Source: Gammaproteobacteria bacterium
Lineage (GTDB): Bacteria; Pseudomonadota; Gammaproteobacteria; Poriferisulfidales; GCA-002705445
DNA: 46,568 nucleotides
NCBI GenBank assembly: GCA_038114285.1
Contig: JAYNQN010000008.1
Location: forward strand, 651-47,218
Reading direction: 5' to 3'
Made by a program: the position numbers and the translations under genes. Position 1 is the first letter of the stretch. Each line of letters starts with the position of its first letter. A model generated the notes under the pieces. That model did no database searches, was not told the DNA's origin, and saw only the letters and a list, made by a program, of their open reading frames with translations. Below are positions 1 through 9,378 of this stretch, piece by piece.

Positions 1-23
1 GATCCGTATGTTTATGGATATAT

Positions 24-314
24 ATGCATTTTTTGATTTCGCACATCAAGTTGCCGGCATTGATTAGCAGAATGGGTTGGCTTCAAATTGTGATATTTGA
101 TAGAATATACGGACTTAGTGGTTCTAAAATTTTTGCAGGGATAAATTCTTTAATGAGTGACACCCAATTTCAAAAGGGCATGTTAGCAGGATCTGAAGAT
201 TATAGAAATTATGCTTTAGATCATCAAAATAAAAAACCTGAACCAAGAAATCCTATGAGTCTTTCATCATATCTAATTAGTAAGCAAAAGGATGGTGCTT
301 CTGAACAGACCTGA
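24..314 (+). CDS. Hypothetical protein, probably the 3' part of a gene cut by the window edge
   Basis: ORF track, 96 aa. The frame is open back to the window edge, there is no clear RBS and no recognisable motif. Confidence 0.4.
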   Translation: MHFLISHIKLPALISRMGWLQIVIFDRIYGLSGSKIFAGINSLMSDTQFQKGMLAGSEDYRNYALDHQNKKPEPRNPMSLSSYLISKQKDGASEQT

Positions 315-361
315 AACTTTTCTCTCTAATATTTTCTAAATCCAACAATTTTTTTTAAATA

Positions 362-409
362 TTACCCATTAAGGGTAAACCCAGATTGTCCAAGCATCAA
401 TTGGGTAAA
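362..409. promoter_or_regulatory. Inverted/direct repeats upstream of the ssb leader (possible operator)
   Basis: TTACCC(362-367)-ATTAA-GGGTAA(373-378). ACCCA(379-383)...TGGGT(402-406). GGGTAAA occurs twice (373 and 403). Confidence 0.3.
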
Positions 410-440
410 TCTTTTTTCTACATTTTATTTTCTAATATAA

Positions 441-523
441 GGGTCATGTAATGACAGCCGTTAGTTGACGGTGGTGGAGGGTTTTTTCCTCGGGTTAAAG
501 TTGGTTTTTCCCCTCCACCTTTT
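441..523 (+). ncRNA. Putative structured leader RNA or sRNA (three tandem hairpins ending in a U-tract)
   Basis: GC-rich patch in an AT-rich spacer: GTCAT/ATGAC (443-455), GCCGT/ACGGT (457-472), GGTGGAGGG/CCCTCCACC (473-481/511-519), then TTTT. Confidence 0.5.
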
Positions 524-550
524 CATTAATTTTTTTTTAGGAGGTGTAAA

Positions 551-916
551 TTGTTAAACAAAATAACATTGATAGGAAGATTGGGTAGAGATGTAGAAGC
601 CAAAGAGTCGGTAAATGGAACGAAATATTGGAAGTTTAGTATTGCTACCAATGAATGGATTTCATCTAAAGGCGAAGAAGAAACAACCTGGCATAAAATT
701 ACTTGTTTTAATGATTATGTAGGTAGTCAACTAGATGCCAAAGGAAAGAAAGGGACATTATTATATATAGAAGGCAAGCAAGTTTACAACACATACACAA
801 ATAGCGATGGACAGGAAGTTACTTTTGGAAATGTTGTAATGGATAGATTTGGTTCAGTTTGCAAGATCATGGAAAGAAAAGAAGCTGAACAATATTTAAA
901 TGCAGGAGGTTTTTAA
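551..916 (+). CDS. ssb: Single-stranded DNA-binding protein, short paralogue lacking the acidic tail
   Basis: LNKITLIGRLGRD, FSIATNEW, TTWHKITCF and KGTLLYIEG are SSB OB-fold motifs. TTG start with strong SD AGGAGGTG at 539-546. Confidence 0.9.
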   Translation: MLNKITLIGRLGRDVEAKESVNGTKYWKFSIATNEWISSKGEEETTWHKITCFNDYVGSQLDAKGKKGTLLYIEGKQVYNTYTNSDGQEVTFGNVVMDRFGSVCKIMERKEAEQYLNAGGF

Positions 917-1611
917 TGATTAACAATAATAAATTTAAAATTTTATTTGTATTAGCTGCATTATTTTTCACAAATACTTATGCACAAACCATCGAGGTTT
1001 CTCAAGATATCAAAGACGCTTGCAAGTCTTTTGAAAAGGGAACTGCATTTTGGTCTGATACAGAAAATGTTTGTTCACAAACATTTAAAACTAAAGACGC
1101 AGAAATCATTCATTACGTTGGAGGGTGGTCAATAGAAGGCGCTGCAGGATATGGACAATTGTATGTTTATAATTCAAAAGACGGTAGCTTGATTGCATCA
1201 TACAAAGGGCAATTTCAAGATTCTTCGTTTCATGGTTTTGGCCACTTTGAAGAAACATACTTTAATACTGACGGAGATAATGTAACGCGAACCTCTATTG
1301 GGAACTGGGATAAAAACGCAGCTCACGGTTTTATCTATCAGAAGATCGTAAACAATGACAATCATGAAGTTTCAATTTTTTATGGCGACATGATAAACGG
1401 ACAAAAAGATGGAAATTCATTAGTATTTAAAGATAAATATATAGTGGATAATGTTATTTGGAAAGAAAATAAATATTTGAGTCACAAACCATCACAATTA
1501 TTTTCCGATGAAATTGCTAACGCTTGGATTCAGTATAAATATTTTGATAGTGCAGCAATTTTGCAGAAAGATAACGATATGAAAATAATTCAAATCTCAA
1601 AGAATAAATAA
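916..1611 (+). CDS. Secreted protein with degenerate MORN-like repeats
   Basis: Signal peptide-like N-terminus (KFKILFVLAALFFTNTYA). Repeats YKGQFQDSSFHGFG, IGNWDKNAAHGF and FYGDMINGQKDG. TAATG overlap with ssb. Confidence 0.6.
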   Translation: MINNNKFKILFVLAALFFTNTYAQTIEVSQDIKDACKSFEKGTAFWSDTENVCSQTFKTKDAEIIHYVGGWSIEGAAGYGQLYVYNSKDGSLIASYKGQFQDSSFHGFGHFEETYFNTDGDNVTRTSIGNWDKNAAHGFIYQKIVNNDNHEVSIFYGDMINGQKDGNSLVFKDKYIVDNVIWKENKYLSHKPSQLFSDEIANAWIQYKYFDSAAILQKDNDMKIIQISKNK

Positions 1612-1651
1612 TTTTAAAATCTATTATTAAATTTTATGTATAATTAATCCT

Positions 1652-4600
1652 ATGTATAAAAAATTATTTTACACCCTATTATTCATAGTAATCACTTTCA
1701 TAATGCTAGTGATTGCGATCGTGTTTTATGGAGATGAGATTGATAATTTTCTTGATGAAGATAGTTCAAATTCATCAAATTCATCAAATGTATCAAATTC
1801 ATCAAATGTATCAAATTCATCACAATCTTTTGATTTCAGGAATCTAGTTGGGGCTTTTGAACTAGATTATTTAAAAAATGGCAAAGCAAAAGTTTGTGCT
1901 AATGTAAATAGTCAAGCGAATGAGTTTTTGGATTTTGTTCATATTTCACCATATGTTAACAAAACCCAGATATCCTTTAGAAATCAAAAGCTGTGTATAT
2001 CAGAATTAGAAAATAATAAAAATTATGATCTATCTATTTTAGAAGGTGCGCCTTTTGTTTTTGAAAATGTTATTGTAAGAAATGAGAACATCTTAGAATA
2101 CAAGTTTACAACTTTTAATCTAAAACCATCAATTGAGTTTTCAGGCTCTAGTTTTATTTTAGCAAAAGACTCAATTAAAGGGGTGCCAATATTTACTACA
2201 AACATTGAGCATCTCGACCTTAGTTTGTTGCGCGTATCTGAACGCTCATTAAGTAATTTAATGACTAGATGGAGAAATCCTTTGCAGCAAATTAGTCAAG
2301 ATTATTATCTAGATGAGCTTTTAGCAAATACAGCGTCACCTGTGTGGACAGGAAATTTTGAAGTAAATGCATCAAAAAATATTCGAGTTGAAAAGATTTT
2401 GCCAATCAACAAGATTTTAGAAAGTTTACCCGAAGGATTGTTTTTGTTAGTAGCACGAGATAAGAATGAAAATAATAATAGTAATTCTAAAGTAGCAACT
2501 CAATGGATCTTAAACACTAACCTTGGTATTTCAGCAGCCAAATTTGACAAAGGGATGACGGTAAATGTTAGAGCATTAGACACTGCTGAACCTATTGGTG
2601 ATGCATCGATAGATTTAATTACCCGATCAAATAATATTGTTTTCAGTGGCAAGACAAATAGTGATGGAATACTTGCAATACCAGAGCCGGCAGTTAAAGG
2701 AAAGCAAGCAAATAAGCCTTCACATATTGTTGTGCGTTGGAAAAAAGATTTTGCATTTTTAGTAGTTGATCGAGCAGCACTTGATTTATCTTCCTTGAAC
2801 ATTGGCGGGCGTAAAGTTAGTAATTCAGGTGATGCATATTTATTTACTGACCGTGGTATTTATCGTCCAAGAGAAACTGTATATTTAACTGGTTTAGTAA
2901 GGAATAAAAATGCCAACGCTGATGGTATTGGAAAAGTTGAATTATTGACCTATCGTCCTAATGGTAGTTTGTATAAAAAATTTATTCCAAAATTGAGTCA
3001 TGAGTCGTCATTCACTCAAAAATTTAATTTACCAACTGATGCACCTCGAGGAAGTTGGCGTGTAGATGTAAGCACAATAATGACCCGAGAAATTATTGGT
3101 TCAGTTGAAATTGATGTGCAAGATTTTATTCCTGAACGTTTAAAGGTAGAAATAGAAAAAAATAAAGGATTAGCTAAAGTTGGAGATAATGTTCAAACCA
3201 ATGTTATCGCAAACTTTTTATATGGTGCACCTGCTAGTGACCTTGGTGTTGAAGTGCAGGCAGCAATAACAACACTCAACAAATCTGATTTGCAAAAAAA
3301 AGGCGCAGAATCATATAGCTTTGGTGATGTTATGCAGCCATTTAAAAAAACTTATGTGGCGGCAAGTGCAAGTAAAACTGATGGTAATGGCAACTCTGTT
3401 ATAACAACATATACTGGAGGTTTTTCATTCCCATCCCTTAATTTTAGTAAAGCAATTTCACCTATTGAAATTTCTCTTGAAGTTGGAGTTCAGGAACCTG
3501 GCGGGAGAACAACAAAAGCCAATAGTAAACAACAAATTGATATTCAATCTCCTTTCATAGGTATTCATAGTTTGTCTGGCGATCAGATTGATAGCGACGA
3601 AACTGCAATATTTAAAATAAAAAAATGGGATTCAAATTTTACAGAAACATCTATTGAAAATTTAGAATGGCAAGTCCATAAAAATAACTGGAAATGGAAT
3701 TACGATTATTCTGCTAATCGTTGGGTATATGCAAGTGAGTTAACTAAAAATAGTATAGCTAAAGGTACTGTAAAAAAATTTAGAGAAAATCACTTTACAG
3801 GAAAAATTGAATTACCAATTATAGATTGGGGAAGTTATGTTTTAACTGTGTATGACCCTATATCCAAGATATATAATCGACAAATAATTAATTCTGGCTA
3901 TAGCAGTAATGCAAATAAGCTAGAACCGGATTTTTTAGAAGTCCAAACTCAAAGTAAAAATTTTACTGCTGGCGAAGAGATAAATATTGGTGTTAAATCT
4001 CCATTTGCAGGCTTAGCCAGACTAAGTGTATGGACTGATCGTGAAGTTTTTACTAAAAATATTATAATTTCAGAGGGTAAAAATAAGTATAAACTAAAAA
4101 CAGATCCATCATGGTTTCCAGGTGCATACATTGTCATAAATGCATTCCGACCTACTAAAGATGCTAAAACTAATATTTTGAGTGCTCTTAACTATATGCC
4201 TGTCCGCGCGATAGGTTTAATTTATTTAGATCTTGTTCCTGATAATCGACGTCTTATTGTCGATTTGCCAGATAAAAAGATATTTACTCCTAGAGAAAAG
4301 GAAATTTTACAATTTGAAGTTCCAAAGTTAGCAGGAAAAAAAGGTTATGCGGTAGTTCAAGCGGTAGACGAGGGTATACTTCAGCTTACAAATTTTGGTA
4401 CGCCAGATCCAGATTCTTATTTTTTTGCCAAACGAAAACTTTCACCCGATTTTTATGATGATTATGGAAAATTAATTAGAGGTGATGGTGCTATCGGTGA
4501 TATTAAGACGGGAAGTGGAAGTAATGTAAGTGCTGGCGGAAAATCTTTGCCGGTTGTTCCTACAAAATCAATAGTAATATACTCAGGAATAATTGACATA

Positions 4601-6595
4601 GATTCCAATGGAAAAGCAAGTATCCCATTAGATCTCCCAGATTTTAATGGCACTCTTCGTACTATGGTAACGGTTTGGACAAATAATTCTTATGGTTCTG
4701 CATCGACTCAGTGGATCGTAAGAGATCCAGTCGTATCAGAATTAGTGCTTCCACGTTATGTTGCGCCTGGTGATTTGACATCTGGTACTTTAATTTTGGG
4801 AAATATGACAGATAAACCGGTAGAGACAAAATTAAGATTATTATCTCAGGGTGGCATAAAGTTACTAAATAAAATTTCAAGTAAAATATCTCTTGATGCT
4901 GGAGAACGCAAACAGCTCAGTATAGCTTTTAGATCAGAAGAAACTGGCTTAGGCGAAATTGAAATAAGTGTGGAAGCAAATAATGGCTTCTCACATAAAC
5001 GTAAGTGGGAAATATTTTCAAGGTATGCTGGTCAAGGAATAGGCTTAGGCGGAAAGCTAACAACCATCATTCCAAATACGAAAAAGCGTGTTTTCGTAAA
5101 TTCAGAACCTTTGCAGCCAACTGGTGCTATATGGACACTAGAAGTTAGTGACGAAAAAAATTTTTCGTCTGCAGGAGCTTTAGCAAAATTATTTAATTAT
5201 CCTTGGACATGCTCAGAGCAAACAGTCAGTAAAGCAGGACCGGTTTTGAAAGCATATAAACTTGACCCAAAATATGTAGAATCAATAGCAAAATCGATTG
5301 GTCAGTCCTCTTCTAAAGATTGGTTGCAGTCAAATGTTGATCGAATTATTAGTCGCCAATCTACAAATGGGCAAATTGGTCTTTGGCGTGAAGGTGATGG
5401 TTTAGTAGGACCAATGTTATCTACTTATCTTGTAGATTTTTTAGTTTCTGCCAAATTAAGCGGTTTATTTATCCCTGATGATAGTATATCCAAAGCTTAC
5501 TCATGGTCATATGAACTGATACAAAGAAGTGGTGGATCTGAGGGAAGGAAAAGATATATTTTATCAAAATTAGTTAAATCAATTTCACCAGTAAATAAGA
5601 GAGCTGTAAGGCTAGCACGTTCACTAACTGATAAAGTATTAAGAAGCGAAGATTTACTAACTCTGTCAAATTTGGCAGTTGCATTAAATCACCTTGGTGA
5701 TTACGAGAGATTTGATGAAATAATTAATCTTATCGAGAAGAACATCACAAAAAATATTGGTTATGGATATTATTTTGATACTAATTATTATGATAGTAAT
5801 TTATCTCATTTATCTCAGTTTACTGAAAATCTTTTTGACTTAAAGATTATTCACGCGCAAAAGATTTGGAAAAAAATTGCCAAACAATACAATAGCGAAA
5901 GCTTAGAAAATATACATGAAATCGGCAACATGTTAAAAGCTAAAGTAGCGCAAGTTTCATCAAAACCTCTTATGGTAGAAGTTTATGGTAAAGCTTTCAG
6001 CTCAAAGTTAGGGGGTATCTCTATTATAGCTAATGATTTTATTAGCGATCTTTCTTCAGTTGAAGTTAAATCTTTAAGTGACTATGCAATATATGCAAGA
6101 CTTTCTGTTAAATCTCCACCAAAACCCGGAGTTAATATAGAAGGTGAAATTGGAGATTTTAAGATCACAAGAAGAGTTTTTGATTTAAAGTCAAAAACTG
6201 AAATATATCCTTTTAGCGAAGCTAAAGTTAATGATCGTTTTATTATTCTTTTAACAAGTTCATATAACAAAAAAATGTATTATGGAGACCAAATTCAAAT
6301 GATGATTAAAGATCCAATTCCTGCTGGATTTGAAATTGAAACAGTGGTTTCTCCTCAAAACTCATATAAATTTCTTCCCTCTTTAAGCTATATGGATGTT
6401 ATAGAGCTGACTGATGATGTATTTTTTTCCGGGCGTTTAATTAACACATATAACTCCAAAGATATTAATGTTGCATATATTTTAAGAGCAACCACACCAG
6501 GGACTTATTTGGCGACTCAGTCAACAATTGAAAATATGTACAATGTTAAAAGTTTTGGAAAAACAGATGGTGTTGCAATTGAAGTTCTTAAATAG
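1652..6595 (+). CDS. Bacterial alpha-2-macroglobulin (YfhM-type, thioester-containing)
   Basis: 1647 aa with YLFTDRGIYRPRE, QAVDEGILQLT, LPDFNGTLRTM and YPWTCSEQT (CxEQ thioester at 5210-5221). Adjacent to pbpC. Confidence 0.93.
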   Translation: MYKKLFYTLLFIVITFIMLVIAIVFYGDEIDNFLDEDSSNSSNSSNVSNSSNVSNSSQSFDFRNLVGAFELDYLKNGKAKVCANVNSQANEFLDFVHISPYVNKTQISFRNQKLCISELENNKNYDLSILEGAPFVFENVIVRNENILEYKFTTFNLKPSIEFSGSSFILAKDSIKGVPIFTTNIEHLDLSLLRVSERSLSNLMTRWRNPLQQISQDYYLDELLANTASPVWTGNFEVNASKNIRVEKILPINKILESLPEGLFLLVARDKNENNNSNSKVATQWILNTNLGISAAKFDKGMTVNVRALDTAEPIGDASIDLITRSNNIVFSGKTNSDGILAIPEPAVKGKQANKPSHIVVRWKKDFAFLVVDRAALDLSSLNIGGRKVSNSGDAYLFTDRGIYRPRETVYLTGLVRNKNANADGIGKVELLTYRPNGSLYKKFIPKLSHESSFTQKFNLPTDAPRGSWRVDVSTIMTREIIGSVEIDVQDFIPERLKVEIEKNKGLAKVGDNVQTNVIANFLYGAPASDLGVEVQAAITTLNKSDLQKKGAESYSFGDVMQPFKKTYVAASASKTDGNGNSVITTYTGGFSFPSLNFSKAISPIEISLEVGVQEPGGRTTKANSKQQIDIQSPFIGIHSLSGDQIDSDETAIFKIKKWDSNFTETSIENLEWQVHKNNWKWNYDYSANRWVYASELTKNSIAKGTVKKFRENHFTGKIELPIIDWGSYVLTVYDPISKIYNRQIINSGYSSNANKLEPDFLEVQTQSKNFTAGEEINIGVKSPFAGLARLSVWTDREVFTKNIIISEGKNKYKLKTDPSWFPGAYIVINAFRPTKDAKTNILSALNYMPVRAIGLIYLDLVPDNRRLIVDLPDKKIFTPREKEILQFEVPKLAGKKGYAVVQAVDEGILQLTNFGTPDPDSYFFAKRKLSPDFYDDYGKLIRGDGAIGDIKTGSGSNVSAGGKSLPVVPTKSIVIYSGIIDIDSNGKASIPLDLPDFNGTLRTMVTVWTNNSYGSASTQWIVRDPVVSELVLPRYVAPGDLTSGTLILGNMTDKPVETKLRLLSQGGIKLLNKISSKISLDAGERKQLSIAFRSEETGLGEIEISVEANNGFSHKRKWEIFSRYAGQGIGLGGKLTTIIPNTKKRVFVNSEPLQPTGAIWTLEVSDEKNFSSAGALAKLFNYPWTCSEQTVSKAGPVLKAYKLDPKYVESIAKSIGQSSSKDWLQSNVDRIISRQSTNGQIGLWREGDGLVGPMLSTYLVDFLVSAKLSGLFIPDDSISKAYSWSYELIQRSGGSEGRKRYILSKLVKSISPVNKRAVRLARSLTDKVLRSEDLLTLSNLAVALNHLGDYERFDEIINLIEKNITKNIGYGYYFDTNYYDSNLSHLSQFTENLFDLKIIHAQKIWKKIAKQYNSESLENIHEIGNMLKAKVAQVSSKPLMVEVYGKAFSSKLGGISIIANDFISDLSSVEVKSLSDYAIYARLSVKSPPKPGVNIEGEIGDFKITRRVFDLKSKTEIYPFSEAKVNDRFIILLTSSYNKKMYYGDQIQMMIKDPIPAGFEIETVVSPQNSYKFLPSLSYMDVIELTDDVFFSGRLINTYNSKDINVAYILRATTPGTYLATQSTIENMYNVKSFGKTDGVAIEVLK
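1766..1819 (+). repeat. 9-bp tandem repeat x6 (TCAAATTCA/TCAAATGTA) encoding an SNS/SNV linker
   Basis: Six contiguous units are directly visible, in frame within the macroglobulin gene. Confidence 0.9.
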
Positions 6596-6600
6596 TAACC

Positions 6601-8646
6601 ATGTTTAATTCAAATAAAAAAATTATAAAACTTAATTTTAAGAATTTAATTTTTTTTATGTTATTTTTTTTTTCTTTACCACTAATTACATATTTTTCTT
6701 TACCTGAGATTAATTTAGATCGTTATAAAAATCTTTCTCCGACTGTTTCAGCGCGTGATGGCGAACTTTTGAATGTATTCTTGTCTAAAGACCATGCTTA
6801 TCGCTTTGAAACTCAAATTGAAAATATAGATCCAAGATATATTGAATCACTTTTAATTTTAGAAGATAAATGGTTTTGGATTCATTTTGGGATTAATCCT
6901 TTTTCACTTATTCGTGCTTCAAGCCAGTGGATTTCAAGTGGCAAAATAGTTTCTGGTGGTTCAACTATTACTATGCAACTAGCTCGGTTACTTGAGCCTA
7001 AGCAAAGAACTCTATGGAATAAATGGGTTGAAATTGTTAGAGCAATTGAATTAGAAATTAGATTTAGTAAAAAAGAAATCTTGAAAATGTATCTAACTAT
7101 GCTTCCAATGGGCGGTAATTTGGAGGGAGTTAGAGCGGCATGTCTGAAGTATTGGGGTAAAGAGCCAAGAAATCTCTCGTTATCTGAGGTTGCTTTATTA
7201 TTAGCAATTCCACAAAGTCCGGAATCGAGAAGGCCTGATAAGAAACCGCAGAATACTTTGTTAGCAGTCAAAAAGATTGGAAAAAAATTAATTGATAATG
7301 GTCTTTTCCCAGTATCTGATATGAGCGAACTAAGTTATCTTCCCTTTGTAAAATTAAAGCCTTTTCCAAATATCTCATGGCATTTTTCTAATGAAATTAT
7401 TAAAAAAGAAAATGACATGAAGCAATCAAGATCCATAATTATTTCTAGTATAGATTATCGTATTCAGCAGATAGTTAATCAGAAGGCAAAACTTTTTTCA
7501 AAATATTTAAGTGATGACCAAAATGTTGCAATTTTAGTTACCAATGCAAAGACTGGTGAAATCTTAGCTCACTTAGGAAGTTTGAGTTTTAATTCAACCG
7601 CAGGTTTTATGGATCTTACTCGAGCTATTCGTTCACCGGGTTCAACATTAAAACCTTTCATTTATGGTATGGCTTTCGATGATAATTTAATCACATCGCA
7701 AACCATTTTACATGACACGCCAAAAACATATAATGGTTACACACCAAGTAATTTTGATAAAGGTTATCAAGGACCAGTACGAGCAGGTGAGGCTCTTCAA
7801 AAATCATTAAATATTCCTGCAGTTTCTATTATTTCTGAATTAGGGGTAGATATTTTTTATCAATCTTGGCAAGAGGCTGGTTTAGTTTTAAAGCTCCCAA
7901 AGAATTCAAATTTAAATGTAGGTATAGCTTTAGGCGCTGTAGGAACGAGATTACATGATCTCGTTCAAGCTTATAGCTCATTAGCGAATGAAGGCAATAT
8001 AGTGCCTTTAATTTATGAAAAATTAAGGCCAAATGTAAAAACTTCTCGTCAATTGGATAAACTATTAACAAGAAATAGTGCTGAAGAAATTCTAGAAATT
8101 CTTGCCTCTAGCGAAAATATTGATGGAAGAGCATCAAGAGTAATAAAATCTTCATTTAAAACAGGTACCAGTTATGGATACAGAGACTCTTGGGCAATAG
8201 GTATTAAGGGTTCATATGTAATTGGCGTATGGGCAGGAAGACCTGATGGAACTCCAGTACCAGGTCAGACTGGTAGAAATGTTTCTCTAAGGCTTGCAAA
8301 TGATATCGCTGACAAGCTTTATTCTAAAAAAATAATAAAGCCTTGGAATCCTGAATCAATATCAATAGCCAAGATTAAAAAACCACCGATACAACTAATT
8401 TATCCAACAAATGGAACAAAAATAATTTTATCTGAGACGCCTAGTATTAATCGTAAATTTAAAATAAATTTATCTGGTGGAAATGAAAGAGCAAAAATTA
8501 CTGTAAATGAAAAAATCTTAGAAGCGAAAGATAAATTGCAATCAAAAATTCCAATACCCTACGATGGTACTTATGAAATTAAAATTTTTGATTCTGGCTT
8601 ACTTGTCGAAACTGTTTTATTTACTGTGATTAGTAGATCTTTATAG
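6601..8646 (+). CDS. pbpC: Penicillin-binding protein 1C (transglycosylase/transpeptidase)
   Basis: EDKWF..HFGINP and SGGSTITMQLARL (transglycosylase). PGSTLKPF (SxxK), SLN and KTGTS (transpeptidase). Follows the macroglobulin gene. Confidence 0.93.
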   Translation: MFNSNKKIIKLNFKNLIFFMLFFFSLPLITYFSLPEINLDRYKNLSPTVSARDGELLNVFLSKDHAYRFETQIENIDPRYIESLLILEDKWFWIHFGINPFSLIRASSQWISSGKIVSGGSTITMQLARLLEPKQRTLWNKWVEIVRAIELEIRFSKKEILKMYLTMLPMGGNLEGVRAACLKYWGKEPRNLSLSEVALLLAIPQSPESRRPDKKPQNTLLAVKKIGKKLIDNGLFPVSDMSELSYLPFVKLKPFPNISWHFSNEIIKKENDMKQSRSIIISSIDYRIQQIVNQKAKLFSKYLSDDQNVAILVTNAKTGEILAHLGSLSFNSTAGFMDLTRAIRSPGSTLKPFIYGMAFDDNLITSQTILHDTPKTYNGYTPSNFDKGYQGPVRAGEALQKSLNIPAVSIISELGVDIFYQSWQEAGLVLKLPKNSNLNVGIALGAVGTRLHDLVQAYSSLANEGNIVPLIYEKLRPNVKTSRQLDKLLTRNSAEEILEILASSENIDGRASRVIKSSFKTGTSYGYRDSWAIGIKGSYVIGVWAGRPDGTPVPGQTGRNVSLRLANDIADKLYSKKIIKPWNPESISIAKIKKPPIQLIYPTNGTKIILSETPSINRKFKINLSGGNERAKITVNEKILEAKDKLQSKIPIPYDGTYEIKIFDSGLLVETVLFTVISRSL

Positions 8647-8689
8647 AAAAACATTACTAAAAATTATATTTTTTAGATTATTCTTTAAT

Positions 8690-9241
8690 TTATTTCCATT
8701 TAATAGAACATCCCACACTTGCATTTTGATTAACTGGGCCTTGACCAGTTTTCGCAATCTCAACCATTGCATTTAATAATTCTGGCTCTAAATAATCATT
8801 TGTTGCAGACATTTTGGTTGCATCTAGTCGGCCACGGTATTGAAGTCCTAAAGTTGCGTTGTAACCAAAAAAATCTGGAGTGCAGACAGCGCCATATTTT
8901 TTAGCAATTTCTTGTGTTTCATCATATAAGTAAGGAAAAGAAAATTTATTTTTTTCTGCAACTCTTCCCATGTTCTCAAATGAGTCTTCAGGATAATCAT
9001 TGACATCATTGGACATAATACCTACAGAATTTATACCATGATCAATTAAGGTATTTGTGATTTTAACGAGTTTAGGAATGATAGCTTTTACATATGGACA
9101 GTGATTACATATGAAAAAGAGTAATAATCCACGCTCTCCTTTAAGGTTATCTAAAGTCCAAATTTTGCCTTCTGTACAAGTTAAATTGAAATCGTATGCA
9201 TTTTGTCCATAGTCGCATACAGGAGTATATTTTTCTGACAT
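8690..9241 (-). CDS. Thioredoxin-like AhpC/TSA (redoxin) family protein
   Basis: FICNHCPYV, YPEDSFENM, YGAVCTPDFFG, YRGRLD and C-terminal SVGCSIKWK. Confidence 0.9.
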   Translation of the reverse strand: MSEKYTPVCDYGQNAYDFNLTCTEGKIWTLDNLKGERGLLLFFICNHCPYVKAIIPKLVKITNTLIDHGINSVGIMSNDVNDYPEDSFENMGRVAEKNKFSFPYLYDETQEIAKKYGAVCTPDFFGYNATLGLQYRGRLDATKMSATNDYLEPELLNAMVEIAKTGQGPVNQNASVGCSIKWK

Positions 9242-9299
9242 TATAAATTTTACTTATAGTTAATTAAATTATTGCTATTACCATCATTATGCCTTGTGA

Positions 9300-9324
9300 T
9301 ATATAGTGTACATCATACTATATA
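9300..9324. promoter_or_regulatory. Inverted repeat in the divergent redoxin/aprM promoter region
   Basis: TATATAGT-N9-ACTATATA, overlapping a possible TTGTGA-16-TACTAT promoter. Confidence 0.35.
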
Positions 9325-9378
9325 AGGCGCGAAAAGACGTCAGTTAAGCAAATAATTTTGGGTATCACAGGAGGGGAA

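Noticed and set aside
1766-1819. Tandem repeat as a CRISPR array
   Set aside because: 9-bp units, no spacers, in-frame coding sequence, and no cas genes.
2023-8071. Minus-strand ORFs inside the macroglobulin and pbpC genes (2023, 2500, 3949, 4462, 4662, 6082, 6882, 7829)
   Set aside because: Antisense shadows of well-supported genes, with no motifs.
9294-9310. CRP, FNR or NrdR box upstream of aprM
   Set aside because: Only half-site matches.
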